Below are positions 50,760 to 61,210 of a stretch of 64,000 nt of DNA, piece after piece. A model generated the notes under the pieces. The model made no database searches, was not told where the DNA came from, and was given only the letters and a program-made list of their open reading frames with translations. Source of the stretch: Clostridiales bacterium (lineage in GTDB: Bacteria; Bacillota; Clostridia; Christensenellales; DTU072); contig JAAYOD010000027.1 of the NCBI GenBank assembly GCA_012520515.1, positions 920-64,919 on the forward strand, read 5' to 3'. A program made the position numbers and the translations under genes. Position 1 is the first letter of the stretch. Each line of letters begins with the position of its first letter.

Positions 50760-53126
50760 TTAATTTTCCATAACTTCTTGACAAGCAAGTTTTATTATGT
50801 ATGGGAATGTAGATGTCTTAAGTGCTTTCTTAAACTCTTCAGTATCAGTTATTTTACCCATGCCTCTATACATAATCATTTTAGATAAATTACCCCTTTG
50901 ATAGCGGCTTAAAATTTCTTTCGCGCTCTCAATTTGACTAGGATTTGTTAAGAAAGTACAATTTTCTAGCTTTATTTTTACAGTGTCGGTTGGCTCTATT
51001 GTAACTGCAATATCTTGACTAAACTCTATTTCTTTGATTTGGCCGTTTATCTCTAAACTTACTTTTGCGCTAACTATATCTCTAAACTTTATATGATATG
51101 TTCTTTTTACGCAAGTAGCTTTGCTGTCCCCCGCCACCTTATCAATGGTAAAGCTAACACTTGTATTTTCTTCATTTACGCTAAATGTGGTAAAAGCAGC
51201 TTTGCCATCTTTATAATCATTTGTTATGCCATCATCTTCATATAAAGTAAAAGAGTTGTTACCGCGATAGACATATAGCTCCATAACAGAGGGGTTATCT
51301 GACTCATTCTTGGCATAATTGCCAAAAGGTATAATTGCCCCTTCTTTTGCTAGTACTGGTATGCTTGTCCAATCTCTAAACATTGTGACATACCTATCAC
51401 CATTATAAACTCTACTTGTAAAAATGTCTGTATATCTTCCCTTTGGCAGCCAAACTTCCACTTTGCCTTTATTTAATTCTTTAAGATTTTTGCTGACAAT
51501 AGGCGCTACTAAAAGCTCACTGCCAAACATATATTGATTTCTTACAGTGTATGCTTCTTCACAATCAGGGTAGCTATAGTACATTGGTTCGCAAATAGCT
51601 ATTCCTTCTTTGTGAGAACGATAGTTCATAGTGTATAGATAGGGCAGCATTTTATGTCTTAAGCGCAAAAAGTCGCTAACGATGTTTTTAACTTCATCAC
51701 GGCAAAACCATGGCTCTTTGCCTTGCAAGTCGTGACTTGTTGAATGCAAACGGTTTATAGGACTAAATACGCCAAACTGACACCAGCGCAAATATAGTTC
51801 ATCATCTTTTACGCCAAAAGTATGTCCGCCTATGTCATGACTCCACCAGCCATAGCCTGCGTTTGCTGCGTTTGCTGTAAAGTACGGCTGAAACTTAAGC
51901 GAACACCAGTTTGCCACAGTGTCGCCGCTAAACCCTACTGGGTATCTGTGCGCGCCAAGCCCGGAATAACGGCTTAAAAGCATTGGTCGCTTGCCATCTT
52001 TTGCATTGTCTAAAAAGTGATAATGATTTAATGACCATAACGGGTCTAATCCTTTTATTGCGCTCTTTTTGCCCTGTTGCCAGTCCATCCACCAAAAATC
52101 AACGCCTTCCTTTTCGTAAGGATGATGCAAGATTTCAAAATAATTATTTATAAAATTAGGGTCGGTTATGTCAAACTTAACAGTTTGCTTGGTGGTAGGG
52201 TCTATGCCCATTTTTGTAGCCATTGTTTCATACATATCTTCAAAGTACCTTACTCCCTGAGCTGGGTGCAAGTTAAGCGTAATGATATAGTTATGGCTGT
52301 GCAGCCAGTCTAAAAAGAACTGTCTGTCTGGAAACAAGTCAGTATTCCAGCTATAACCTGTCCAGCCTGCAGGCTGAAATGGTTGTGGCTTTCTAAAATT
52401 GCAACCAAATTTATTATTTATATCCACCCAGTGCCAGTCCATATCCACAGTGGCAACGGTAAAAGGAATGTCTTCATTTTCAAACCGCGTCATAAGGTCC
52501 ATATACTCTTGTTGGGTGTAGGCTTTATACCTAGACCACCAATTGCCAAGGGCAAATCTAGGCAGAAGCGGCACTTGTTCTGCTATCTTATAAAAGTCTT
52601 TAACAGCTTGCCTATAATCTTTACCATAAGCAAAGATGTACATATCTTTTTGTTTAATTGACCTTGCTTTTACTTCACTTCCTGTAAAGATTAAGCTTCC
52701 AGAGTCATCTACAATAGAAACCCCTTTTTTGCTGATAATTCCATTCTGTAATTTCTTATAGCCAAAGTTCATATCCAGTGTTCTTGCCGTGCCAAGTAAG
52801 TTACCGCGGTTTGTGCAAGGGATAATTTTGCCCTCTAAATTAACTTTTGTTATTCTTTTGCTTCTTTCGTTAAAATAAAATACTGCTTTTTCTGTCTTTA
52901 TCTCCAAAACATTACCGATTTTATTTACTTCGTGTTCCACTTTGCCTAAATCTCTGTTCCAAAAACAAAGAGTGGCTTGGTCTAAAAACTTGTTTTCTCT
53001 TTGGCTCTCTACACGGACAAGCCTAGGCGTTATAAGAGTTATTCTATACCCTTTGCCTTCAATAATATTGTCATTGTTTGCTCTAGCATTAACTTCTATT
53101 TGCAAATTTTTATTAATTTTTGTCAT
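50760..53126 (-). CDS. Glycoside hydrolase family 31 (alpha-glycosidase)
   Basis: 788 aa. GVDFWWMDWQQG (nucleophile region) and LSRYSGLGAHRYPVGFSGDTVANW...WWSHDIGGH fit GH31 conserved blocks. A GAGGTG SD lies 5 nt upstream of the ATG. Confidence 0.75.
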   Translation of the reverse strand: MTKINKNLQIEVNARANNDNIIEGKGYRITLITPRLVRVESQRENKFLDQATLCFWNRDLGKVEHEVNKIGNVLEIKTEKAVFYFNERSKRITKVNLEGKIIPCTNRGNLLGTARTLDMNFGYKKLQNGIISKKGVSIVDDSGSLIFTGSEVKARSIKQKDMYIFAYGKDYRQAVKDFYKIAEQVPLLPRFALGNWWSRYKAYTQQEYMDLMTRFENEDIPFTVATVDMDWHWVDINNKFGCNFRKPQPFQPAGWTGYSWNTDLFPDRQFFLDWLHSHNYIITLNLHPAQGVRYFEDMYETMATKMGIDPTTKQTVKFDITDPNFINNYFEILHHPYEKEGVDFWWMDWQQGKKSAIKGLDPLWSLNHYHFLDNAKDGKRPMLLSRYSGLGAHRYPVGFSGDTVANWCSLKFQPYFTANAANAGYGWWSHDIGGHTFGVKDDELYLRWCQFGVFSPINRLHSTSHDLQGKEPWFCRDEVKNIVSDFLRLRHKMLPYLYTMNYRSHKEGIAICEPMYYSYPDCEEAYTVRNQYMFGSELLVAPIVSKNLKELNKGKVEVWLPKGRYTDIFTSRVYNGDRYVTMFRDWTSIPVLAKEGAIIPFGNYAKNESDNPSVMELYVYRGNNSFTLYEDDGITNDYKDGKAAFTTFSVNEENTSVSFTIDKVAGDSKATCVKRTYHIKFRDIVSAKVSLEINGQIKEIEFSQDIAVTIEPTDTVKIKLENCTFLTNPSQIESAKEILSRYQRGNLSKMIMYRGMGKITDTEEFKKALKTSTFPYIIKLACQEVMEN

Positions 53127-53148
53127 ATTCTCACCTCATATGCTGATA

Positions 53149-53177
53149 ATTTTACCACATAACGCGTATTTTTTCAA
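53149..53177 (-). promoter_or_regulatory. Promoter of the GH31 gene
   Basis: The minus strand reads TTGAAA (53177-53172), a 17-nt spacer ending in tgg (TGn extended -10), then TAAAAT (53154-53149). Confidence 0.55.
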
Positions 53178-53247
53178 TAATAAAGTATAATATTATTAAC
53201 TCTAATCATAGCTTAAAAGAATGAGATAGTGGCTTGGTCCAAAACCT

Positions 53248-53276
53248 TTGACATATTTTTTAATATGTACTATACT
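53248..53276 (+). promoter_or_regulatory. Promoter of greA-lysS
   Basis: TTGACA (53248-53253), a 17-nt spacer, TATACT (53271-53276). A GGAGGA SD lies at 53304-53309 before the ATG at 53313. Confidence 0.65.
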
Positions 53277-53312
53277 ATCTAAAACTTTATATTTATATAA
53301 TTTGGAGGAAAT

Positions 53313-53792
53313 ATGGCTGTTGAGCTGGTTAGAAGGATAAAATTCCAGGAGATAGAGGACAGGCTAAACTACCTAGAAAGAACTAAGCGCGAAGAGATAA
53401 GCGAAGCTATAAAAAGAGCAAAAGAGTTTGGAGATTTAAGCGAAAACGCAGAATATAGCGCTGCTAAGGACGCTCAAGTTGCCAACGAAGAAGAAATTGC
53501 TAAATTAAGCGAACTGCTTAAAAACTTAAACATACTTACTGCAGCGCAAGTTAATACTGATAGGGTAGGAATTGGCACAGTCGTTACCGTAGAAGACGAA
53601 GACGGCGATATAGACACCTACACTGTGCTAAGCTCACTAGAAGCTGACAGCAGACGCAACATAATAAGCATTAAAAGCCCTCTAGGCAGCGCTATAGAAG
53701 GACGAAAAATAGGTGAAACAGTAGAAGTTAAAACGCCTGGCGGCAAGTATTCGGTAACTATTAAGTCCATAGAAATGTGCAGCGACCTATAA
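53313..53792 (+). CDS. greA: Transcription elongation factor GreA
   Basis: 159 aa. [24 protein letters not shown] is the GreA coiled-coil signature. The C-terminal [27 protein letters not shown] is present. Confidence 0.9.
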   Translation: MAVELVRRIKFQEIEDRLNYLERTKREEISEAIKRAKEFGDLSENAEYSAAKDAQVANEEEIAKLSELLKNLNILTAAQVNTDRVGIGTVVTVEDEDGDIDTYTVLSSLEADSRRNIISIKSPLGSAIEGRKIGETVEVKTPGGKYSVTIKSIEMCSDL

Positions 53793-53800
53793 GGAGTAAA

Positions 53801-55294
53801 ATGAACACTAACGAACAAAATTCGACTAAAAAAACCGACTTAAATGAAGCTGTGGTTAGACGCAATAAGCTAGCTGAAATGAGAGAGAGCGGTTTTGACC
53901 CCTATGCAATTACTAAGTTTGACAAAAATGTATACGCAAAAGACATTCTTTCTAACTATGATTTTTATCAAGGCAAAATAGTAAAGATAGCAGGCAGACT
54001 TGTTTCCCGTCGCATAATGGGCAAAGCAAGTTTTGGTCATTTATTGGACTCAGGTACAAAAATTCAAGTTTATTTTAGACGCGACGGCCTTGGCGAAAAT
54101 GAATATAACCAATTTAAAAAATGGGATATTGGCGATATTTTAGGTGTAGAGGGAGAAGTTTTTACCACTAATATGGGAGAAATTTCCATAAAGGCAACAA
54201 AGGTTAGTTTGCTAAGCAAGGCGCTTCTTCCACTGCCTGAAAAATTCCACGGTCTTACCGATACTGAGCTTCGCTATCGTCAACGCTATGTTGACCTTAT
54301 AGCAAATCCCGAAGTTATGGATACATTTAAAAAGCGCAGCCTAATAATATCCACCATTCGCAATTTCTTAGACAAAAAAGGCTTTATAGAAGTAGAAACA
54401 CCTATTCTAAACACCATTCCAGGCGGCGCAAACGCAAGGCCTTTTATCACTCACCACAATACCCTTGATTTAGATATGTATCTGCGCATTGCGCCAGAGC
54501 TTTATCTAAAGCGCCTAATTGTAGGTGGATTTGATAAAGTTTATGAAATAGGCAGGCTTTTCCGCAATGAAGGCATGAGCATGAAGCACAACCCAGAGTT
54601 TACCACAATTGAGCTTTATCAAGCGTATGCTGACTATAACGATATGATGGATATCACTGAAGAATTGCTTAAAGAGTGCGCTTTGCAAGTGTTTGGCTCA
54701 ACAAAATTTACCTACCAAGGCACAGAGATTGATTTTGGCGGCAAATGGCCTAGAATTACTATGGTTGACGCCGTAAAACAATACACTGGCATTGATTTTG
54801 ACACTCTTGATATACCAACTATCATTGAAAAAGCAAAAGAAATTGGCATAGAGCTAGATAAAGACATCTCTTGGGGCAACGCCCTTTATGAAGTCTTTGA
54901 CAGCAAGATAGAACAGCATTTAATTCAACCTACTTTTATTATAAATTACCCTGTTGAAGTAAGTCCGCTTGCAAAGCGTATGCCAAGCGACCCAAAACTT
55001 ACAGAGAGATTTGAGTTTTTCATAATGGCAAGGGAGATGGGTAACGCCTTTAGCGAACTTAACGACCCTATTGATCAAAAGAGCAGGTTTGAACAGCAAG
55101 CTTTAGAAAGAGCAAAAGGCGACGACGAAGCGCAAATGACAGACGATGACTTTGTAACGGCTCTAGAGTATGGCATGCCGCCAACAGGCGGATTAGGAAT
55201 AGGCATAGACAGGCTTGTTATGCTGCTAACAGACAGCTATAGCATACGCGATGTATTGTTATTCCCTACCATGAAGCCAAAAACAAACAACTAA
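53801..55294 (+). CDS. lysS: Lysine--tRNA ligase (class II)
   Basis: The ORF track starts at 53777, overlapping greA. ATG 53801 is preferred because of the AGGAG just upstream. Motif 2 is [25 protein letters not shown] and motif 3 is [14 protein letters not shown]. Confidence 0.9.
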   Translation: MNTNEQNSTKKTDLNEAVVRRNKLAEMRESGFDPYAITKFDKNVYAKDILSNYDFYQGKIVKIAGRLVSRRIMGKASFGHLLDSGTKIQVYFRRDGLGENEYNQFKKWDIGDILGVEGEVFTTNMGEISIKATKVSLLSKALLPLPEKFHGLTDTELRYRQRYVDLIANPEVMDTFKKRSLIISTIRNFLDKKGFIEVETPILNTIPGGANARPFITHHNTLDLDMYLRIAPELYLKRLIVGGFDKVYEIGRLFRNEGMSMKHNPEFTTIELYQAYADYNDMMDITEELLKECALQVFGSTKFTYQGTEIDFGGKWPRITMVDAVKQYTGIDFDTLDIPTIIEKAKEIGIELDKDISWGNALYEVFDSKIEQHLIQPTFIINYPVEVSPLAKRMPSDPKLTERFEFFIMAREMGNAFSELNDPIDQKSRFEQQALERAKGDDEAQMTDDDFVTALEYGMPPTGGLGIGIDRLVMLLTDSYSIRDVLLFPTMKPKTNN

Positions 55295-55308
55295 AAATGC
55301 TAACTTAC

Positions 55309-55336
55309 AGCTTCCATAATTATGGAAGCTTTTTTT
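55309..55336 (+). terminator. Rho-independent terminator after lysS
   Basis: A perfect 22-nt palindrome AGCTTCCATAATTATGGAAGCT (9-bp stem, 4-nt loop) is followed by T6. Confidence 0.85.
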
Positions 55337-55360
55337 ATGAGTGCTATTTATTTTAAATTC

Positions 55361-55390
55361 TTGTAAATAGTGGCTTTTATGTGGTAAAAT
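55361..55390 (+). promoter_or_regulatory. Candidate promoter of tmk-holB-ricT
   Basis: TTGTAA (55361-55366), an 18-nt spacer ending in tgg, TAAAAT (55385-55390). An AGAGGA SD precedes the ATG at 55420. Confidence 0.35.
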
Positions 55391-55419
55391 AATACTCTAA
55401 GGTAATTTAAGAGGAATGT

Positions 55420-56046
55420 ATGAAAATAATAAAAGGCTTTATAACTTTTGAAGGTTGCGAAGGCGTGGGCAAATCAACGCAAGTAAGAATGCTTACTGAA
55501 TACCTAACTAGTACCAATCAAGATTTTATTCTTACAAGAGAGCCAGGGGGCACGCCGCTAGCTGAAAAGATAAGAGAGCTTATCTTGACTAACGAAATGG
55601 ATATATACTGTGAAGCCAACCTTTTTGCCGCGGCAAGGAGCGACCATATAAATAAGGTCATTTTGCCTGCTGTGCAAAGGGGAAAGCTTGTTATATGCGA
55701 CAGATATTTAGATAGTTCTCTTGCCTATCAAGGATATGCAAGGCAGCTTGGACAAGAAACAGTGCTAAACATAAATAAATATGCTGTGGAAAACTGTATG
55801 CCTCAAGCTACTGTCTTTTTAGATATGAACCCTGAACACTCTTGGCGCAAACAAAAAGGTAAAGTTATTTTGAATGACCGCATGGAAAAGGAAGATAACG
55901 CTTTTCACCAAGCAGTTTACAAAGGCTTTTTAGACCTTAGCAAAAAATATAGCTCAAGGTATATAAACATAATTCCCCAAAAAGACAAACTATTAACATC
56001 GCAAAGCATAATAGATGAGCTGCGCAAAAGGGGCATAATAACTTGA
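55420..56046 (+). CDS. tmk: dTMP (thymidylate) kinase
   Basis: 208 aa. The P-loop FEGCEGVGKST, TREPGGT and DRYLDSSLAYQG are present. Confidence 0.9.
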   Translation: MKIIKGFITFEGCEGVGKSTQVRMLTEYLTSTNQDFILTREPGGTPLAEKIRELILTNEMDIYCEANLFAAARSDHINKVILPAVQRGKLVICDRYLDSSLAYQGYARQLGQETVLNINKYAVENCMPQATVFLDMNPEHSWRKQKGKVILNDRMEKEDNAFHQAVYKGFLDLSKKYSSRYINIIPQKDKLLTSQSIIDELRKRGIIT

Positions 56047-57008
56047 ACTTAAGTTTACTTGATTCAAATTTAGGCTATCAAAACTTATTAGCTGACTTAA
56101 AAAGCGGCTTAATAAACCATGCATATCTTATTGTAAGCTTAGATGAAAACTTGCGCAAAACCGCCTTCACAAAGTTTATTACATCTTATTTTTGCCCATC
56201 TAGCTGCCAAACTTGCACAGCGTGCAAAAAAATTGCGTCCAACAATCACATTAGCGTAAAGGTATTGGACGGGAAAAACAAAATAAGAGTAAGCGACATA
56301 AATGAGCTTGCTGAAGATACACACATTTTGCCCATTGAGGGCGATAGAAAGTTTTATTTTATAGATAACGCCAACTTACTAGACCCAAGAGCGCAAAATA
56401 AGCTGTTAAAAACCTATGAAGAACCGCCAAAATATGTCACAATATTTTTAGGTGTGTCTAATGAAGCTGGACTGCTTAGCACTATAAAATCAAGGGGCAA
56501 GCATATTTTTCTTGAGCCGCTCACATCGCGCGCTATATATAATGAACTAGTTGAATTAGGATATGATGAGATTGTCAGTCAAGAAGCAGCAAGCTATGCT
56601 ATGGGAAGCTTGGAAAAAGCTATGCTGTTTGTTGGTGACCAAAATTATAAATATGTATATGAAGAAACTTTTAATACACTTATTAGCTTAAAAAATTCTT
56701 CTCAAATCATAGACCATCTATACAAGGATATCTTTAGCAAAGAAAATATTTTGCTCTCCTTGGAGTTTTTGGAGATTTTTTTAAGTGACATAATGAAAAT
56801 AATTGCAAAAAGCAATATAGACCTTTTGACGCTTAATAGAGATTATGATTTAAATCTATTGGCAAAAAGCTTTACTCTTGCTGGAGCTTCTATGGCGCTT
56901 AACGCTATAAACGACGCAAGAGAACGCCTAAAATTTAATGTCAGCTCAACAAGCGTAGCAGAAAAAGTAATGTTTGATTTATTGGAGGCAAGATATAAAT
57001 GGCAATAG
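56043..57008 (+). CDS. holB: DNA polymerase III delta' subunit
   Basis: 321 aa, with a TTG start overlapping the tmk stop. HAYLI, the Cys cluster CQTCTACKKI, KFYFIDNANLL..AQNKLLKTYEEPP and STIKSRG are present. The tmk-holB-ricT order is as in Bacillota. Confidence 0.8.
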   Translation: MNLSLLDSNLGYQNLLADLKSGLINHAYLIVSLDENLRKTAFTKFITSYFCPSSCQTCTACKKIASNNHISVKVLDGKNKIRVSDINELAEDTHILPIEGDRKFYFIDNANLLDPRAQNKLLKTYEEPPKYVTIFLGVSNEAGLLSTIKSRGKHIFLEPLTSRAIYNELVELGYDEIVSQEAASYAMGSLEKAMLFVGDQNYKYVYEETFNTLISLKNSSQIIDHLYKDIFSKENILLSLEFLEIFLSDIMKIIAKSNIDLLTLNRDYDLNLLAKSFTLAGASMALNAINDARERLKFNVSSTSVAEKVMFDLLEARYKWQ

Positions 57009-57865
57009 TAATAGGAGTGCAATTTAAAAGCACAGGCAAACTGTATTATTTTTCCCCAAAGGACATAATCTTTGAAGAAAATGACGGAGTAATAACAGAA
57101 ACAGTAAGGGGTGTTGAGTTTGGAAAAGTTGCTATGGCAAACAGAGAAGTGCCAGAGTCTGAAATAGTAGCGCCGCTTAAAGAAGTAATTAGAAAGGCAA
57201 CACCTGAAGATATAAAAAGGCATGAAGAAAATTTATCAAAGCGCAATTATCTTATGAAAATTGCCATAGAAAAAAGCAATGCTCACAAACTAAATATGAA
57301 AGTTGTTGACGCTGAATACACTTTTGATAGGCAAAAAGTTATTATTTACTTCACAGCTGAAAGCAGGGTAGACTTTAGAGAGCTTGTAAAAGACCTTGCA
57401 AGCGTATTTCACATTCGAATAGAGCTTAGACAAATTTATGAAAGAGATGATATAAAAATGCGCGGAGCGCTGGCCGCTTGCGGTCGTCCTTGCTGCTGCG
57501 CTACCTTTTTACAAGACTTTGAAAAAGTATCTATCAAAATGGCAAAAATTCAAGGTCTTAGCCTTAATCCCCAAAAACTTAGCGGCTGCTGCGGCAAGTT
57601 AATGTGCTGCTTAAAATTTGAAAACAGCTATTATCAAGATATGTATAAAAAGATGCCAAAAGTAAATTCTGTTGCAACGACGCCAGACGGCGAAGGAGTT
57701 GTTATAAACAACGATATTTTAAGGCGGGAAGTTACTCTTCGCTTTACTATGCCTGACGGCGAAGTGGAGATAAAAAAATATCCGCTAGAAAGTATAAACG
57801 CTAAAGTTAAGCAAAGCGCGGAAGAAATTAGCGAAGAAGATTTAAAGCTAGAAGAAGAAAAATAA
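56999..57865 (+). CDS. ricT: PSP1-domain protein RicT (YaaT)
   Basis: 288 aa. It carries the PSP1 C-terminal domain (VVDAEYTFDRQKVIIYFTAESRVDFRELVKDLASVFHIRIELRQI) and a Cys-rich ACGRPCCCATFL...CCGKLMCCLKFE cluster. It overlaps holB by 10 nt. Confidence 0.85.
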   Translation: MAIVIGVQFKSTGKLYYFSPKDIIFEENDGVITETVRGVEFGKVAMANREVPESEIVAPLKEVIRKATPEDIKRHEENLSKRNYLMKIAIEKSNAHKLNMKVVDAEYTFDRQKVIIYFTAESRVDFRELVKDLASVFHIRIELRQIYERDDIKMRGALAACGRPCCCATFLQDFEKVSIKMAKIQGLSLNPQKLSGCCGKLMCCLKFENSYYQDMYKKMPKVNSVATTPDGEGVVINNDILRREVTLRFTMPDGEVEIKKYPLESINAKVKQSAEEISEEDLKLEEEK

Positions 57866-57870
57866 GGGTT

Positions 57871-58632
57871 TTAATACTCTACACTTAGCAAAGTAAGTCC
57901 ATGAGCAGGAAAGGTCTTTCCTGCGTTTTTTCTAAGACCTGATTGCAATGTTTTTTCTATTGCGTCTTCACCTAATCGCCCTATACCTATCCATACCAAA
58001 GTGCCAGCTATTATTCTTACCATATTGTACAAAAATCCATTGCCCTTTATAACTAAGGTTATTTCATTATCTTTTTTTGTAAGAGATGCGTCAAAAATAG
58101 TTCTAACTGTGTTTTTAATGCCGCTCCCCACAGATGAAAACCCCTTAAAATCGTGCGTGCCTATTAGGTTTTTTACTGCTCTTTGCATTTTTTCAAAATC
58201 TACTTTGCTTTCATGGCAAGGAATTTGAGCCGCCGTTAAATTGCGGATAGGACTAAGCGTTCTTGAGATATAAAATTTATACATATAAGTCTTACTTTTT
58301 GCTGAGTATTGAGCGTGAAAATCACTATCAAAAATTTCTACTGACTCCGTTATGCGAATGTCGTCGGGCAAATGGCAATTGACAGCAGACGCTATTTTTT
58401 CACACGGCATATTGCCAGCATAAAAAAAGTGCGCTCTTTGCCCAAGCGCGTGCGCTTTAGCGTCCGTTCTGCCGCTGCCATAAACTTTTATCTGCTGATT
58501 AAGCGCTTTAGAAAGTTTTTCTTCTAGCACGCCCTGCACGCTTTGCTGCCCTTTTTGGCATTGCCAGCCTGCATAGTTTTTTCCAAAGTACTCCACCGTT
58601 AAAAGAATTTTACGCAATGAGCAATTTACCAA
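57871..58632 (-). CDS. truA: tRNA pseudouridine(38-40) synthase
   Basis: The YGSGRTDAKAHALGQ catalytic-Asp motif and LLTVEYFGKNYAGWQ are present. The start is TTG at 58632 (overlapping ecfT) or, more like canonical TruA N-termini, TTG at 58617. Confidence 0.85.
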   Translation of the reverse strand: MVNCSLRKILLTVEYFGKNYAGWQCQKGQQSVQGVLEEKLSKALNQQIKVYGSGRTDAKAHALGQRAHFFYAGNMPCEKIASAVNCHLPDDIRITESVEIFDSDFHAQYSAKSKTYMYKFYISRTLSPIRNLTAAQIPCHESKVDFEKMQRAVKNLIGTHDFKGFSSVGSGIKNTVRTIFDASLTKKDNEITLVIKGNGFLYNMVRIIAGTLVWIGIGRLGEDAIEKTLQSGLRKNAGKTFPAHGLTLLSVEY

Positions 58633-59435
58633 GCTACCACTCCTATTTTAATTAGTATGATTACAGCTAAAAATGCTAGGGTAAATAAAAAAGCAAATAG
58701 GTCTTGCCATTTAAAATGAAGCTGTTTCATTTTAGTGCGGTTTGGCGTTGCGTTATAACACCTTGCATCAAGCGCTAATGCTAGTTCGTCCGCAATGCGA
58801 AAAGTTGAAACAAATAAAGGAATTAAAACAGGCAACAGCGCTTTTGCTCTTTTTAATAAACTGCCGTTATCAAAGCTTGCGCCGCGCGCTTTTTGCGCCA
58901 TTATTATTTTGTTTATCTCTTCCATAAGAGTAGGGATAAACCTTAGCGCAATACTCATTATTATAGCGACATCATGCACAGGAAACCTTATTGCTTTAAG
59001 TGGTTTCATCAAACTTTCCATGCCATCGGTTAAATTCATAGGCGTTGTGGTTAGAGAAATAAGACTTGTTCCCACCACCAAAAAGATTAGACGCATTGCC
59101 ATAAATGAGGCAAAAATAGCGCCGTCAACTGTTATTTTTATTTTCCAAAATGACACCAAAACTTTGCCGTCTGTATAAAAAAACAAGTTAATAATGACAG
59201 TAATGATAAGTATAAAAAGCACTGTTTTTACTGTCTTTAGGATGCTAAAAACGGGTATTTGGGACGCCAAAATGCAAGTTGATAAAAACAAGAAGCACAC
59301 CAAAAAGGCAAGGTATGATTTGCATAAAAATATAGCCACAATATAAATAATGCTTATTATAAGCTTTGTTCTAGGGTCAAGCCTATGAACAAAAGAATCT
59401 TTAGGATAATACTGGCCAAATGTTATATCTCTCAT
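58626..59435 (-). CDS. ecfT: ECF transporter transmembrane (T) component
   Basis: 269 aa and polytopic. It starts with DPRTKLI and has the ARG/ALALDAR coupling-helix motifs (MAQKARGASF, ADELALALDARCY). It follows two ecfA genes. Confidence 0.85.
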   Translation of the reverse strand: MRDITFGQYYPKDSFVHRLDPRTKLIISIIYIVAIFLCKSYLAFLVCFLFLSTCILASQIPVFSILKTVKTVLFILIITVIINLFFYTDGKVLVSFWKIKITVDGAIFASFMAMRLIFLVVGTSLISLTTTPMNLTDGMESLMKPLKAIRFPVHDVAIIMSIALRFIPTLMEEINKIIMAQKARGASFDNGSLLKRAKALLPVLIPLFVSTFRIADELALALDARCYNATPNRTKMKQLHFKWQDLFAFLFTLAFLAVIILIKIGVVAW

Positions 59436-59438
59436 ATT

Positions 59439-60281
59439 TTACCTAAAATACTCCAAAAGCTTTGCAACTAGCTCTTCTTCAGTTACTATTTCTTTGCCAA
59501 GCTCTATGCCTTTTTCACTAAGGCCTTTTACAATTTTTACAACATGGGGCAAGTCAAGGCCTAGCGACTCTATATCATAAGAGTAAAAAAGCTTAGCTGG
59601 CGTTGTGTCATATAATAGACGGGAATTATAAAGCACAATTACTCTTTTAGCATACTTTGCTATCTCATCCATATTATGACTTACCATAATAACTGTCTTG
59701 CCGTCCTTCCTTAAACTAGATATAAGGTTTAGCATCTCTCTTTTACCTGTTGGGTCAAGCCCTGCGGTAGGTTCGTCAAGCACTAGAATTTTTGGTTTGT
59801 AAGCAAGCACACCTGCTATTGCAACTCTTCGCTTTTGCCCCCCGCTAATTTCTAGTGGCGAACGGTCCTTTATCTCTTCAAAATCAAGCCCCACCATTTC
59901 AATTGCGTCTTTTGCCTGCTTTAACGCCTGCTCTTTTGATATGCCAAAGTTAAGCGGGCCAAACATTACATCGTCCAAAACGGTATCGGCAAACAGCTGA
60001 TATTCTGGGTACTGAAAAAGCATTCCTATACCGCTGCGCAAGCGTTTTAGGTCAGGTTTTTTTGCAGTTAAATCAATATCTAGCACTTTAAGCTCACCGC
60101 TTTGCAATCTAATTAATCCGTTAAAGTGCTGTATAAGAGTTGATTTTCCGCTGCCAGTTGCGCCAACTATACCCACAAATTCCCCTTCGTTTATTACAAA
60201 GGATACATTGTCAAGCGCTTGCTTTTGATAGGGTGTTTTTTTGCTATAAGTATATGAAAGGGAGTTTACCTTAATTGACAT
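59439..60281 (-). CDS. ecfA2: ECF transporter ATPase component A2
   Basis: 280 aa. Walker A GATGSGKST, signature ISGGQKRR, Walker B LVLDEP. Confidence 0.85.
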   Translation of the reverse strand: MSIKVNSLSYTYSKKTPYQKQALDNVSFVINEGEFVGIVGATGSGKSTLIQHFNGLIRLQSGELKVLDIDLTAKKPDLKRLRSGIGMLFQYPEYQLFADTVLDDVMFGPLNFGISKEQALKQAKDAIEMVGLDFEEIKDRSPLEISGGQKRRVAIAGVLAYKPKILVLDEPTAGLDPTGKREMLNLISSLRKDGKTVIMVSHNMDEIAKYAKRVIVLYNSRLLYDTTPAKLFYSYDIESLGLDLPHVVKIVKGLSEKGIELGKEIVTEEELVAKLLEYFR

Positions 60282-61099
60282 ATCCCCTCCACAAGCTCAT
60301 TATCTGTTAGGCTAAGCGGCACATTTAACCCGTTTCCTACAAGTTTGCTTGATACATATGTTGCAATAGGCAACTCAAGCTTTGTCTTTTTTATTATTTC
60401 TTTTTTACTAAAAATTTCTCTTGGCGTACCCGAAAGCAGTACCTTGCCTTCGTTTAGCACAACTACTTTATCAGCGTCCAGCGCTTCATCCATATAATGA
60501 GTGATTAATATAACGGTTATTTTTTGCTCTTTATTAAGCCTTTTAATAGTTTCTAGCACTTCCTTTCTGCCCTTAGGATCTAACATTGCTGTGCTTTCAT
60601 CTAGTATAAGCACGCTAGGGTGCATTGCCAAAATGCCAGCTATCGCTATACGCTGTTTTTGCCCGCCGCTTAACTTAAAAGGGGTATGCGTGCGGTAAGA
60701 ACTCATTCCTACAACATCTAATGCCCAATCCACTCTTTCAATAATCTCTTGCCTTGGCACACCTAAATTTTCTGGCCCAAAGGCAATATCGTCTTCTATT
60801 ATTGATGCTACCATCTGGTTGTCGGGATTTTGAAAAACAAGCCCCACTGTGCTTCTTATTTGATATATATGCTTTTCTTCTTTTGTATTTATGCCATTTA
60901 CCAACACATCGCCGCTGTCAGGCAATAAAAAACCATTGCAAAGCTTTGCAAGCGTGGACTTGCCGCTGCCGTTATGCCCTAAAAAAACTACAAAAGAACC
61001 CTTTTTAATATCAAGGGTTACTCCGCTAATAGCTTCAGTTGCTCCATCTTCTGTTTTGTAGCCATAACTGACATTTTTTATTTCAATGATTTTTTCCAT
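60266..61099 (-). CDS. ecfA1: ECF transporter ATPase component A1
   Basis: 277 aa. Walker A GHNGSGKST, signature LSGGQKQR, Walker B LILDEST. Confidence 0.85.
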   Translation of the reverse strand: MEKIIEIKNVSYGYKTEDGATEAISGVTLDIKKGSFVVFLGHNGSGKSTLAKLCNGFLLPDSGDVLVNGINTKEEKHIYQIRSTVGLVFQNPDNQMVASIIEDDIAFGPENLGVPRQEIIERVDWALDVVGMSSYRTHTPFKLSGGQKQRIAIAGILAMHPSVLILDESTAMLDPKGRKEVLETIKRLNKEQKITVILITHYMDEALDADKVVVLNEGKVLLSGTPREIFSKKEIIKKTKLELPIATYVSSKLVGNGLNVPLSLTDNELVEGICQLR

Positions 61100-61133
61100 A
61101 GAGTTAGTTTATCACAAAGTTTAGTATTTGGCA

Positions 61134-61142
61134 ATTATATCA
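61134..61142 (-). promoter_or_regulatory. Candidate extended -10 element upstream of ecfA1
   Basis: The minus strand reads TGaTATAAT (61142-61134). There is no convincing -35 (that position overlaps the upstream terminator) and no clear SD before the ATG at 61099. Confidence 0.3.
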
Positions 61143-61151
61143 AAGTATAAT

Positions 61152-61188
61152 AAAAAAAGGCGGACAACGCATTTTTGACCGCCTTTTT
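61152..61188 (-). terminator. Rho-independent terminator after the GPH symporter gene
   Basis: The minus strand reads aaaaaGGCGGtCAA-aaatgcg-TTGtCCGCC followed by T7. The stem is 5+3 bp with one t/t mismatch, 23 nt after the stop. Confidence 0.6.
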
Positions 61189-61210
61189 GCTCTTTAAAAG
61201 CCTTGTTTTT

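Noticed and set aside
53777-53800. ORF-track start of lysS at 53777, overlapping greA
   Set aside because: ATG 53801 is preceded by AGGAG at proper spacing and gives a typical LysRS N-terminus. The upstream codons overlap the greA 3' end.
57871-61099. ecfA1-ecfA2-ecfT-truA cluster detached from the ribosomal-protein (rplQ) operon and preceded by a sugar symporter
   Set aside because: The internal gene order is the canonical Bacillota one. Relocation of the cluster is a minor synteny variation and not evidence of novelty.
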